Positions 27,674-40,924 of a DNA stretch of 64,000 nucleotides are shown here, piece by piece. This DNA comes from Octopus sinensis (Eukaryota). The notes beneath the pieces are model-generated. The model was not told where the DNA came from and searched no databases. It was given only the letters and a program-made list of their open reading frames with translations. The stretch lies in NCBI RefSeq assembly GCF_006345805.1, contig NC_042997.1:116808001-116872000 (forward strand). The letters run 5' to 3'. Position 1 is the stretch's first letter, and every line of letters starts with the position of its first letter. The position numbers and the translations under genes are program-made.

Positions 27674-28269
27674 AGAGAGTATTAGTGCGTAAGATTGGTC
27701 TGGACGTGCGTATGTATGGGGTTGGTGTATGTATTAGTATGTATTAGTATGTATTAGTACGTATTGGTATGTATAGGTGTGTGTGTGTGTGTGTGAGAGA
27801 GTATAAGTGCGTATGCGGGGTCTGGACGTGTGTATGTATAGGGTTGGTGTAAGTATTAGTATGTACTAGTATGTATTAGTACGTATTAGTATGTATTAGT
27901 TGGTGTGTGTATTAGTATGGCACATCATATGTGATGTGATGTGTAAAGTCATGTGGTGTAGTGAGGAGGGAAGAGGGGGAGGGGGAGAGAAGGGGAGTGG
28001 AAGAAGAGGGGAGGAGAGAAGGGGAAGAGGAGACGATGGGGAGAAGGAAGGTGAGGAGGGGGATGAAGGAGGAAGAGGGAGAGGGGGAGAGAGAGAAGGG
28101 GAGAGAGGGAGTGAGGGAGCAGAGGGAAGGGGAAAAGGGAGGGAGAAAGAGGGAAGAAGGGAAGGGGAGTAGGGGTGAAAGGATGAAGGACTGAAGAAGT
28201 AGGGGTCGGGGGGAGAAAGGATAGGTGAGGAGGGGGGAGAGGGGGGTTAGATGAGGAGGGGGGAGAGTT
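27270..28269 (-). repeat. 5' pseudo-LTR
   Basis: Direct repeat of 22878-23769 with one extra ~110-bp internal subrepeat (~27755-27870). Confidence 0.95.
27369..27406 (-). ncRNA. Minimal type-I hammerhead ribozyme in the 5' pLTR
   Basis: Identical to 22977-23014. Confidence 0.8.
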
Positions 28270-28683
28270 ACACACAGTCAACAGATGAGATCCAGTGGTT
28301 CTCAATATAGAAAACACTAAGTGGAGCTTAAATGATTTGAATTTACACTCAGAGATCCTTACCACTACACCTTACCTTACACTTGATCACTTCTACTTTT
28401 AGATTTCCCTGCATCATGATGTGAATTGTGAGATTTTTAGCTCTCCATCCTGAGAACAGAGGTGGGATCTCTTCAATGTTAATTTGCTTCCATTATTAGA
28501 AGTGTATTCTGGTGAACTACATCTGCCAACACTACGAAGCAACCTCGAAACCCCAGAAACAGCTGTCGGAGTTGCAACACCATACCCACTCCCCTGTGTA
28601 GATTTGATCTCATAATATATAGATATCTATACATTTATACTTGAATAGTCATCGTCTGAAAAGTTTGAATCTTTTTCTCCATT

Positions 28684-28724
<41 letters not shown>

Positions 28725-29496
28725 TATATCAAATCCAAGCAACAGTTTTATTTGTATACTTGCATAATTGTCTCTCACACACTCTTTCTCTCTTTCACAC
28801 ACACACACATTCTCTCTCTTTCTCTCGCTCTCTATTTATATATTTATACACACGCATTTTGTGTATCTGGTTTCACAACCGGTATTGGCTTGTTTACATG
28901 TCCCCATGGCTGTTCGGCAAAAGAGAACAAATACCAGATTTAAAAGTATAAGTTAAGTCTTTGAGTTGATTTGACAGAAGCTCTTTCAGGCGTGCCCCGG
29001 CATGGCTGCAGTGCAAAGACTGAAACAGGAAGATAAAATACGATGTAGCGAGATTGTCTCATTTAATTTTACTCCATGCAATTCGTTTGTGGAGCTAAGA
29101 AACAGTCAAGGTGGTGCTCCAGCATTGCCTTGACTGTGTTGGCTTAAACAATCAAACAAAAAAAAAACAACTATAGAACATTTCACACTCTGTTAGTCTC
29201 AGGACTTAAGCCTATTTAAAAATCAATACAAATCGATGTGAAAAAATCAATATCAATCGAAATGAAAAAGCTACTGAAGTTTTTTATATTTTTATAATGG
29301 CACACTAATCAATGTTTCCCAGATATCAGGTTTATCGCGTACACAGGACAATAATTTGATAAATGTAAGGACATACAAAGGTGTGTTAGTTACCATCGTA
29401 GTATGTATTATTTGTATTTACTTACAAAACAGGAATAATGCCCCAAAGGTATTAATCAATGTCTCTCTCTCTCTCTCTCTGTATGTATACACACAC

Positions 29497-29527
<31 letters not shown>

Positions 29528-29684
29528 ATATATATATATATATACGCACACACACACACACTCACATAATATATATAACATGGATGTCAGAGCGTTTACA
29601 AATGCATATTCATTCACCTTTTACGCTAATAATTGGATTAAAGATTATTTACTCAAACACCTAAGTCATAATTTATTACAATGA

Positions 29685-29875
29685 AAAGCGGTGAGCGAGC
29701 AGAATCGTTAGCACGCCGGACAAAATCCTGAGAGACATTTCGTACGTCATTATGTTCCGAGTTCGAATTTCACCGAGATCGGCTTTGCCTTCCATCCATT
29801 TGGGGGTCGATAAAATATAATCGACTCACCCACCGCCTCAAAATTACTGGCCTTGTGCCAAACTTGGAAACCATT
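29685..29875 (+). mobile_element. Nin-type SINE
   Basis: agcggtgagcgagcagaatcgttagcacgccgg..gttcgaattt..ccttgtgccaaacttggaaacc. Confidence 0.8.
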
Positions 29876-29965
29876 ACTTACTAAAATGAAATAAGTTGTA
29901 ATTGAAATCATATAACAGAGGTTCATAAGTGGTTGTTTTATGTTTCATGTTTCGGATCTAGCCCA

Positions 29966-30245
29966 TGTTGTTGTTTGTTCCTTCTCGCGCCAAGCCCGGC
30001 TAACAAGGGCCGGTTTCCCAGTTTCATTGGCGTATAGGTTTTACCAGCTGGACGTGAGCTGCTAGAGGCAGGAGGAAAGAGTGAGGAAGGTGTGGCGAAA
30101 GAATCAGCAGAAATTCGCCACTAACCCCTGCCATAGCCGCGTGGAGCTTAGGTGTTTCGCTCATAAACACACACATCGCCCGGTCTAAGATTCGATCCCT
30201 AGACCGCAAGTCCGCTGCTCTGAACACTAAGCCATATGCTTCCAC
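29966..30245 (-). mobile_element. tRNA(Arg)-head SINE
   Basis: Reverse complement matches 52011-52316. Ends in an aacaacaa tail. Confidence 0.82.
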
Positions 30246-31314
30246 TGGATCTCAGCAAAACCAATGTTAACTCACTTTTCTGCTTAAAAAACCCACAAAT
30301 TCATAAATATTTTGTGTAAAGTAAAAACTTTTTTGAACTTAGAAAATGGAAGTCAGTAACTAAAAATTGTTTTTGTCCAACACCACTTTGGTAGGATTGC
30401 GTTTCCTTTTTCAAAGTCGTTAATACACCGAAATACATGATCGGAACAAATAAATTATATTCACAATCGACTTGGTAATTTTGGATACTAGTGCTTCCCT
30501 TTATTTTCTGACTGTAAAGGGAAATGTTATTGCTATTTCTAGAAGCTCGAGTAACCGCATTGTTGAATCAAAATAGTTCTTTATTACGGCAATAACTTAA
30601 GATATGGCTCCTCTACTAATTTCTACCTTTTTAAATCCAATATTCCATGTGGACTTTGCTAGTGATAAGAAACTTACTGTTAAACATAGAGGTTTGAAGA
30701 AAATTCCCAGTAAGTTTAGTTTAAACTAAATAAATACTCTATGTATTTGCCTTGTATTAAGGACAATAGAGAACCTTCGAGAGACCTTCAACGTTTTTAT
30801 CATTTCTACCGCTTAGAAATGATAAATAAATTTCCTTCAAATTTCATCAAACCACTTTGGAAAAAGAACGACACAGTATATAGTTGTTGGCATCCTTTTG
30901 TCTCGGGAGACATTGGAGTTAAGCATTAACTATCCAGTCTGGTTTTTACATTTCGTGTCCTCTCCAGTTTCCCCTCCAGTCTTGCGCAGGCCTGGGCTAG
31001 ATGTAAGAAAATCCTGGTTAGCCCAATCGTCAGGATTCCTCTTTCGACCTTGCTGACGTAGTCAAAAGGAGTGCAATGTCAGAAAATTACCTGACATAAA
31101 TAAAATTCTGAGGTTGATTTGTTCAATTATAACTTTGACGGTGATGCCCTCACTTGACATCGCCCTAACATCTGCAAATCAATGTGGAAAAATAAAGTGG
31201 ATGGAGTTGGAATTTTAGCGACTTGTATTTATGCGTAGGAACAACTAGCACAAGATGGTTGGTGTGGGATCTGGAAGATGAGATAAAGGTGGTGGAAAGT
31301 AGAGTTTGGTGGGC

Positions 31315-31675
31315 ATAGGCATGGCTGACTGGTTAAGAAGCTCGATTTGCAGCCACCTGGTTTCGGATTCAATTATACTGCGCAACACCTTCGATGAGTG
31401 CCTCAGGCCGTTAAATGATTTCTGCGTGAATTTGGTGGACGGAAACTGAGTGGAAGCCCGTTATGTGTGTGTTTGGGTGTATATGTATGTGCCTCTTTGT
31501 TGTTGCCCTTCATAACGGTTGAAAGCCGATGCTGGTTTGTTTATGTTCTTGTAGCTTAGTAAAGAACACAATACAGTAAGTACCAGATTTAAAAATAATA
31601 ATTGCCTGACTAAATTCAAGGCGGTTGCCTCAGCATGGCCGCAGTCCTATTACTGAAACAAGTAAACGATAAAAG
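31315..31675 (+). mobile_element. Decayed CORE-like SINE
   Basis: ggcataggcatggctgactggttaagaagc..aatttggtggacggaaactg..ggcggttgcctcagcatggccgcagtcc..actgaaacaagtaaa. Confidence 0.75.
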
Positions 31676-31777
31676 ATACATTTTATTCATGATAGATAAA
31701 GTTTTATGAGGACATCAGTCTAAAAATATAAGTGCTCTTATACATCATATCGTAGGCAAAGATTATATATAATCGTA

Positions 31778-32085
31778 AGTACACATTTATTACCATTTGA
31801 AATATGCTTGTGGCGTATTAGAGTCCGCAACAAAGCTACCTACTGTATTTTGTCATGGAAGAAATTTTCTCGCTGTAGATAAATGCGTGTAAATACACCA
31901 AGTCACCTCTGAACGCAACTAACGGAATAAAATGTGAACCATGGAGGCGCTGCGAACTGATTGGGTGTATTTATACCTATTTATCTTCAGCGAGAAATTT
32001 CTTCATGACAAAATACAGTGAATACATATTCTTACGGGTTTGAATAAACCTCAAGCATATTTGAACTGGTAGAGCTTGTATTTAT
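31778..32085. mobile_element. Fold-back/MITE-like element with ~130-bp imperfect inverted arms
   Basis: taccatttgaaatatgcttg..actgtattttgtcatg..aattttctcgctg..taaatacacc mirrored by ggtgtattta..cagcgagaaattt..catgacaaaatacagt..caagcatatttgaactggta. Confidence 0.7.
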
Positions 32086-34821
32086 CCTGTATATAATGAT
32101 GCTGGTCCAACGGAAGCATATAACCAGACATACATTTTATGAAGTGTATAATCGACCTCAGTGATTGATTAGTACGTTTTTATCGATTCTGGGTGGATGT
32201 AAAGTTGAACTAAAAATGTGGAGGACGTGATCTCAAGGATTCTTTTTATTCCTTGTCTACTGACTCTTCCGAAAGAGAGTTGAAATAAAAATTATAAAGG
32301 ACTTGGGTGATGGGGCTCTTGACAAAGGATGGCACGAAGCCTTGTTCTCTGCTGCAGTCGAGTGCCACGTTTTCCTAACAAGATCGGTTTGCTATTTCCT
32401 GCAAAAAATCGGTTTGCAACCCAAATATTAAAGAAAGCCACAAGAGAGATCGTCATAACAAGGGAAACTTGTTCAATATGGTTTTGGTTGGCCAGAAATC
32501 AAGGAGAAGCCCTTCTGCGGGCAAGATGTAATCTAGTCCCCACTGCCCTATTCAGAAGTGCACAGGTTGAAGGGCGAAAAATTGTGACTGACGCACTTCC
32601 TAAAGATGTGGATAGGTTTTCAAAATTGGGATAGCTTTTTCGTCGTCAGAGGAGGTTGATATATCTATAAATAGCTTCAGCAGTTTCTGTGTAGGGCAAA
32701 GTATCTGAGATGTTTATTTAATTGGTAATGGATGCGTAAGAGAATGAGGATTTTATAATTTGTCAAAATATTTTGTCTCTATCTTCATGCTAAATTAGTG
32801 ACTGGTTAAGCTGAAACAATTTAAAGAAATTTTTTAAAATTCAATACTGCAATGCTGTTGTAACGTGCGCGAAAAGCTTATAATCTGCTGAGAACAGGCG
32901 AAAATCCTTGAGTTTTGCCATTAAGAATATTTCAGGAAGACGTGTTCCAAAATGTGATTCGAACATACAAATCTCACTTAAGAATTGAGCAAGATAGAGT
33001 GAATGAGCAAACCTTTCAAGGTCTTCTTATACAATTCTTTTGTCCGGGCAAACGCTAAGCTACCACAAGTTCCACATGCCATTGATTTTTCCGGAGAAAG
33101 GGAAAAGTATTTACTTTTGGATTTTTCGAAACCCTTCAGATATAACTTATACCAAGTAAAATGGCCCTCTCCAGAAAGAACAATTTGATATATGTTGCGG
33201 ATAGGTTCCCTGTAGCAATTCGTACAAATAATAATTCATCACAACTATTATGTTGCTATATATGGTAAGTAGGAATAGATAATTGCATTGCAAATTGAAG
33301 TGTTTTTATTTAAAGACAAATAATAGAAATGCTATATAAACTAACACACCACGCCTGTTCATCGTTTTTATGATTATTTGTATATTAGATAAATATTTTC
33401 CAAATTATTCGATCTATGATTATCATCACAATTCATTTATAGCGAAAGCGAAACGTTTTGTATGCAACGTATTTCGAAATATTATGCAACCGAAAACCAA
33501 CCGATATTGCTGGACTTGAGAAAGAACGGGGAGAAAATTTTACGAATAAGCATATTATTATTTGTACCGTTAAGAATATAGTGTCGATAATAATAGTATT
33601 TAACCATTGAATAAATAATTATGTGTAAAAGAATGAATCAAGCTCTTAAATGTTGCTATTAACTATTTATTTTACCTTCATTTGCACGAAATATATTATA
33701 TTTCTTTCAAGTTGCAGCTGGTAAATCTGTTTCTCTTCCCATAAACTAAGAGTTTTCTCATACGTTTACAAAACAGCGAATATAAAGGTAAAAATAATTC
33801 AGGAACAAACTTCAAACAGTCCCATTTATTTTTTCTCATTGACATCTAATTTCAGGATAAAGCATACTGCAAAAATCGAAATAAACTGTCCTTTGAACAC
33901 ATGATCAAATGCAAAGAGGGTTTTTTTTTTGTTTTTACTATTTTTTTTAGCAATCCTGGAAAGCTGTTTACATTGTTGTCATTGGTGATTTATTGATCTT
34001 CTCCCTGAATAAAAGAGAAACCAGATAAAACAGAAGTAAACACTCTGTCGCCCTTTGCAATCACTGAAAAAGTGACGTCAAAAAGACAACAATAATAATC
34101 ATCTGTCATCCTATTTTTAAACTACTCCCACACTGACTTCTAACGTCACTGAATCACTATGAATCCATCTTTATTTGAAAAATATAAACTAAATAACTAA
34201 TTCCTTTCATTCAGACACCTCAGTAACATGGAGCATTGGACTTTTTTTAATATTCTAATTAACTGTTATACTACTATCCTTGTAGGAAAGGGACTTTGAC
34301 AGCAATATTTCTTCAAGGATTGTCCTTTTTCGTATTGATTTCTAGATTGACAAAGATTTTTTAATTTGTTGTTTGCTCCTATGTTGGTAACATGATTTTG
34401 TTTCATAAAGTATCATCTTCTATAAGAGTAGAAGGGAACACGATAAACCCTTTAAAGTACAGTTGTCTACTATTAAACAAGTAATTTATGAATTAAACAT
34501 AGAGAAATGTCTATAAGTTTTATTGTTCTTCATATTCTCATTTATGATTAAGAATGGTTTCAAACCACTTTGAGAAAATGGGTTTATTACTGAAAAAAAA
34601 AACACAGAAAATTACTGGTTTGTAATCATTTCCGGAACGGATAGCTTAGTACATGTTTACTGAAAACAGTCTCTTTAGAAGTAATCCAACACTACGATTT
34701 GCAAGATAACCTCGTTAGTGGTGGGGTAGGGTAAGAACTTAGGGTTAATGAGAATCCTGATACTATAGCCAATTTTGATGCCGTTGTTCTTTGACTCACC
34801 TTAGCTTCCGACAGAGCATGA

Positions 34822-35032
34822 TGGTTTCAAATTTTGGCACAGGGCCAACGATTTTAACGGAGGGAATAAGTCGATTATATTTTTAGCGGAGAAAACAAGT
34901 ACTCAACTGGTACTTATTTTAAGGACGCCGAAAGGATGAAGGGCGAAATTTGCACTTGGAACATAGTGAGTCGGAAGAAATATCGTAAAGCATGTTATCG
35001 ATTTTCTAACGGTTCTGCAAACTTGCTGCCTT
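34822..35032 (-). mobile_element. Decayed Nin-type SINE
   Basis: ggtttcaaattttggcacagggcc..caactggtacttatttt..cgaaaggatgaagggc. Confidence 0.7.
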
Positions 35033-35228
35033 CTTCCGAACAATCATAATAATGAGAGAAAATGTTAGAGTCATGAACATGCTTTCCTTCTTTTGGGATA
35101 TAGTGTATCCAGCACTTCATTAACTATAAATCCTTCCTCTCCTCAAAACAGTCGGATGTGATTTAGAAGAGATTCGGTTTCTATTTGTGATGAGTCACGC
35201 ACTATCTCACGGCAGAAATGTTTCGACT

Positions 35229-35456
35229 GAAGGTGACGAGCTGGCAGAAACGTTAGAACAGCGGGCGAAATGCTTAGCTGTATTTCGTCTGCCGCTACGT
35301 TCTGAGTTCAAATTCTGCCGAAGTCAATTTTGCCTTTCATCCTTCCGGTAAATTAAGTACCAGTTACGCACTGGGATCGATGTAATCGACTTAACCCCGT
35401 TGTCTGTCCTTGTTTGTCCCCTCTATGTTTAGCCCCTTGTGGGCAATAAAGAAATA
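35229..35456 (+). mobile_element. Full-length Nin-type SINE
   Basis: Family match. TSD aatgtttcgactg. Confidence 0.9.
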
Positions 35457-36742
35457 ATAAATGTTTCGACTGTCTTAAAAGGTGTTTTTCCTAAACTGTC
35501 CTTTAAAAGTAATTCCTTATTGATAACCACTTTTATTCCAGTATACAATTTAGTCGGCGATAGAGATATTCGTTATCTTAAATCACCGCTTTATAGAATT
35601 ATTCTAGCAAGGAGCAGTAGATCAAGGATTCTTCATGGTTTACGAACATGTTAACTAATATTTTTTCATTGCTGTTTAGACAAAGGTTACTTTGGATCTG
35701 GTAGATTTGCATTCAAATATATCCTAGTCATAATCATCTCATCTTGTTTACATGAGCCTTTTTGTATATTTGGGATTATCTGATATGTCTTTGGTGTAAC
35801 CTTCCCTTTTTAAGGCTGTAGGGTTTGATTTGAACATTTGACTGCTATTTATAGTAGGTCGAGTACCAACGAGCGCGATCTCTCTGGAGCGCATAATCTG
35901 CTTGGAATTATGCAAGTATACTGGTATTTAAATATACACCCCTAATGAATCATATATAACCATTCTTTCTTTTTCTTACGCTACTATCCAGAAACCTAAT
36001 CCTTTTCAAAAGTTACTGCTTTCTACAGTAAGTCACTGAAGTGCCAAATCTATTTTAGTTCTTGAATATAAGGAACATAATAGCATCTTTCCGTTTTGTT
36101 GATGCTATCTCCAACCTTATAGTGACCTCCTCTCTCCTTATAGTGATCTCCCCTCTAAGAGTTCTCCGAATGATTTCAGAAAGTTCATTATGTTAAGTAC
36201 CATCATAACCGGCATATACTTACATATGTATCTGTGTGTGATTTTGTTGAAACGAGATACCATCAAGATGAAAGCCAGGCAGCACATTTGGCTGTCTAGG
36301 AGCTTGCAGTAATTTCAAGCGTTGGTCTTAGCCGACATTTAATATTTCTTGCTTGTTGAGCCGGTTACGTTGTCTGTCACAACCGAAATTTTGCGACCGC
36401 ATGTGCCTTTGATGGTTATTCTATCGATCTACTTCATTCATTCATTCATTCGAGGTGCTTTTCATCAAGTGCGCGAGATAACCTATATTTTCACAGCTCT
36501 CAGAGTGGGCCTTACTAGCTTGTTTACGACAGTTGTATGTTTGAAAACGGCAACATACATGCTTTATATATTCCCCGTCGTTCACAAAGAGGCCACGATC
36601 AAAGAAATCGTCTGATACTACTCAAATATTTCGAAAAGAATCTTTTTCTTTCGCTTAGAAGCTGATTTTACTTTGTTTTCACTTGGATAAATCTATCAGG
36701 AGTGTTACTATTATTTTAATTTCCTTTTTTATATGATATATT

Positions 36743-36977
36743 TTGGGTTGGTGCATAATTATTACAGCTTTGTTTCAACAAAAACAATAATATTCAACAA
36801 AAACATCTTTAAGTGACGGTCTGACCGCCTGCCAAGCAAATAGGAAGCAGTAATTGAAATAGATGGGGAGTATACTCCGGAATAATCATTTAAAGATGTT
36901 TTTGTTACATGTTGTTATTGTCTTGTTGAATAAAATTTGAAGAAAAAAAAAGCCGCAATAATTATGCACCAACCCAA
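36743..36977. mobile_element. Tc1/mariner MITE
   Basis: TIR ttgggttggtgcataattatt / aataattatgcaccaacccaa followed by TA. The TIR resembles Hsmar1-type TIRs. Second copy at 63456-63700. Confidence 0.88.
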
Positions 36978-39900
36978 TACATGTATAATTCATAAAAAGC
37001 GAAATTAAACGAACAGAAACATTTTTGATAAATTTATTCAAGGCAACATCTATAGAGACATTCCTTTCCATGTTGCATCCACAATAAATATCATGAAAGG
37101 TTTTAATTGAATGTTATATTTTGTCTTCATGTAGTAGTTATGGACACACCTCGGATTAACGTAACGTTTTGAAGTTGGATATAACTATAGCTTCTTCAGA
37201 ATTATTATTGTCTAGAAAATAGCGAGCTAACGAACCACTTGTCAAATTTATAAAGAATCCCTTACTTCTATATTCCACAGATGCCTTCTAGTATTGATAT
37301 AACGCAAAGTTTCTTAAAAGACGACGAGAATTTGTAGAACCTTCGTATTGTGTTACTTTGATCCAATTTGTCTTTTCAGCAGCGAATGCATTGATGATAA
37401 AATTGAATCACATTATGTTACATGTTCCTACTCCATGATCAAACACTTCACGGACCAAATGCTTAATACAAAAAAACACGCTAAACAAAAGATAAAAAAG
37501 AAAACTCATTCTATACAAATCACCTGTATTATACTCTAATACATTACATGAAGATTGTAGTAACAGGAATACTCCGACATGTAAATAAATAGCGAGTTAG
37601 TAGTGTTTGATTTTACTGCAAATACAACACGAATCTCAATAGAAAATCGAGATGTGTTTCAATCATTAGAATATTCATTAGCATGGTAGTTCGTTACTAC
37701 ACCTTCCATACAAAATATTTACAATATGGTTGCTTTCTACATTTAAAAATGACATAATGGTGTGCAATTTTGGATTACCGAATTTTTCGTAACCTATAAT
37801 TTCTAGAGTATTGTTCGTATTATACTTTGTGTGAATATTTGTATAAAATATTTTCATTGTTTTTTAATTATTTGAATTCTTCCTATGAAGAAGGAAACAA
37901 TCCTTCAGCCCTTGAAGGTTGATAACAAAGATGAAGAGTTACACGTTGAATATAATCTTGCATGTTCGTATTATGCTGCTTGCAAATAATATTTATAAAT
38001 TGCGTCTAAATACGTATGTAAACATGTGTTGCATACGTGCTGCTGCTGCGGCCTTCTCTTCCTTCAGCTGTCATATCCAGGTTGTTCCGTTCGCTCAAGA
38101 TGAGATTATCAAGAGGACCATTTATGTCTGCTTGCAGCAGCATAAACACTTGTAACAACTGGCGAAAGCGCATGGTATATGTTATCAAGTTTTAGAAGCT
38201 TCGCTGACGCTGCTATGCTTTTGAATGCATGTATGTGTGCATTTATTTGTGTGTGTGTGTGTGTAGAGTTCCACTAGTGTTTAATCAAGTTGCTTCAAAT
38301 TATAGATACAAGACAGATGGAAGATATTTCTTTATTGTACAATGGAAGTGCTGGTTATATGTATACATATTTGGGTATATATTCTTATTTCCAGTACCAA
38401 CATATGATACATTCTTCGTTAAATATTACTAAAGATTATGCTATCGATCGGTAAATTGTCAGATTAGTTCGTTAATCATTTTTATATTAGAAACGTGTGT
38501 ACAGTTATTTTGGCTGCATTCCATGCTCCTGTCCTGAGATAATGTGTCAACCTGGACCGGTTGACTCTTGATTCGGGCGACATTTTGCAATAAACAATAC
38601 GAAGCAACAAAAACATTGTAACCATTAAGTTAACAGACAAACCATTTGTCTGTCAGCTTCCTATTCCCGTTTTAATCAGAACTGATCACATCCCCTGCAA
38701 GTTTCCTTTAAAAAAGCCATAAAGTAATCATTATATACGTAATATATACAGTTTAAACAAACTGTATACAGCTTTTATATAGGATTCTGGAGTTAATTGC
38801 TAAGTAGATTTTTAATCAATTTAGTGATTCCTTCTTTATTAATAACTTTAAATCTACTTATGCCAATATAGTTGGTCCTCATTTATCCAACCTCATTTTC
38901 ACAAGACCTTTACCAAACTATGTAAAAATTTTCAAGTTATATTGATCTATAACGTCTCTATCTAGTGATTGTCTTGTGTGTTCTCTCCAGCAATTCTTAA
39001 GCGGACCTAATTAAGATCAAGTTTCTCTCAATATGATTTCGTATAGTTAATTGGTGAGTTTTTAACAATTTGGTAACTTTCATATTTTAGAGTTACCGTC
39101 GATCACATTTGACCATGGACATTGCACAGATTTAAACATATATCTCGTATGTACAGGCCTGGGAAAGATGTTTTGAGGAAGATCCATGCAGGCAAATCTT
39201 ACATTTCCATGCCGCCGATGTTTATCCACCGAATTGAGCTAATACAGCTTAGTATCGGCGCCATCACAGGCGTTGCTGTTGAAACTCAAAGAATCAGAAC
39301 AAATACCACAAGGCATCTTAGCGGACCCTCTAACAGCTCCACCAATCCACCGCCTGGGTTGATTCATTTTCAGTCAATCCTGAAAAGATAAAAAGCAAAG
39401 TTGGCGTGAGCGGGATTCGAACTCAGAGAGTTAGAACAAATAACTTAACGCATTCTATTCACCACTCTAACCCAGCCAATTCAGCGCCATTTTATTCATA
39501 TTAACGCAGATTATCACCAAGAAAAATTCTATGCTACCCACACACGTATACTTTTATAATTGATTCTCCTTTCCATTGTTTACGCAATTGTTACCATTTT
39601 CTGCTGTCATTATTGTTCTGATGTCTAGTCAAGTTGCTTGCAGTAATGACTCTCCACCCATTTAAAGAATCGTATTTCGTATCGCATACAACTTTGTAAA
39701 ATGGATTTTGATGGAAAGATTTCTCCGATTAGAAGTAATCAAAAGAATGGCTATTGGCATAATGTGGGAGTGACAGTTATATTACAGTTAATTATTAGTT
39801 GCCTACACTAAAATTTCTGAATACAGCAGCCGTGCCAAGTCAGTGAGAAGTGAAGGCATTGATCCAAAATTTTTTGAAGTTAAACCGGATTAAAAACGAT

Positions 39901-39989
39901 GTACAATATTTTTCCAAACGAATTTGGATAAATCTCGAAGCGGTTTTTTTACTGACAACGTGTGCTTCCGGTTTCAATTTAGCACATGC

Positions 39990-40330
39990 CTTAATTTAGT
40001 GGGTTCGTGTCTCTTCCTTGTTTAAATTTCTCGAACTTGGTTGTTATTACTCCGAGTGATCCTACATCTACTAGAATAACAGTTACTCTCCTCATTGCCT
40101 ACATTCTTGCAATTTCCTCTTTTAATATTCTGTATTTCTCCACCTTTTCGAATTCTTTGTCATCTAAGCGTGCATCCCCATCTCTGGCAATATCTATGAT
40201 CTTGGCTTCCTTTTCCCTTTTATCCATTGCAACAATGTCTGGTCTTCAGGCAACGGTTAGGAAGTCACTTTGGATTGTAAAATACCACAGGATCATATAT
40301 TCATTGTTCTCAGTAACGCCTTATTATTTT
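39990..40330 (-). mobile_element. 3' remnant of an RLE-bearing non-LTR retrotransposon (R4/Dong-like)
   Basis: Minus translation ENNEYMILWYFTIQSD..RPDIVAMDKREKEAKIIDIA..DKEFEKVEKYRILKEEIARM..VTVILVDVGSLG gives the PD..D..K..KY restriction-like endonuclease motif. Confidence 0.8.
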
Positions 40331-40697
40331 ATTTCATCTTCCGACCGGATTTCAACCAGAGACCTAAAATACGTATACATTAGATGGATAGAAACTTCCT
40401 GGGAATGTGGGTGGTTGATATCAACACAATGTTTAGAGTCTCCTAGATTCTTGGTTTCTTAGGGATCTGGTCAAAAATGTGTCACCTTTCTTGATCATTC
40501 CCAAGGGCACCTACAACAACAGGGATGGTTTTGGTTTGGTTTTCAATTGCCGCGTCATAGATATCTCAATCACAAGATTCTTATATTTCGACAGATTTTA
40601 TAATTCTTTTGCTGAGATGTTTCTATCAGTAGGCATTGTCATATCAATTAACAGGCATGCTTTTTTGTCTTAGGTTTTTGACGACAATGTCTAGTCT

Positions 40698-40889
40698 AGT
40701 TCTATATTTAAGAGATGAGGAATTATGTACATAATTTACATTCTTTACACTTGACGGGTATTTGTACTCATTTTGTTTATTAACACAACGTTTCGGCTGA
40801 TATACCCTCCAGCCTCCATCAGGTGTCTTGGCAAAATTTCGAACCTGGATTTTCATTCCTAAAGTATATTTCGATGTTACTACTACTAC

Positions 40890-40924
<35 letters not shown>

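Larger units (their letters stand above)
22878..28269 (-). mobile_element. Near-complete Penelope-like retroelement (probably Neptune-type) with direct pseudo-LTRs
   Basis: RT + GIY-YIG ORF between near-identical direct repeats 22878-23769 and 27270-28269. The 5' repeat begins with a copy of the last ORF codons. The 3' end runs into (TA)n. Confidence 0.95.

Noticed and set aside
22878-28269. LTR retrotransposon interpretation of the long direct repeats
   Set aside because: No TG..CA ends and no gag, protease, RNase H or integrase. RT + GIY-YIG and a repeat overlapping the ORF end indicate a PLE.
32329-32634. 101-aa ORF
   Set aside because: No domain recognised; probably a decayed repeat or chance ORF.
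37919-38230. GC-richer patch with short ORFs on both strands
   Set aside because: No recognisable protein motif or convincing splice sites.
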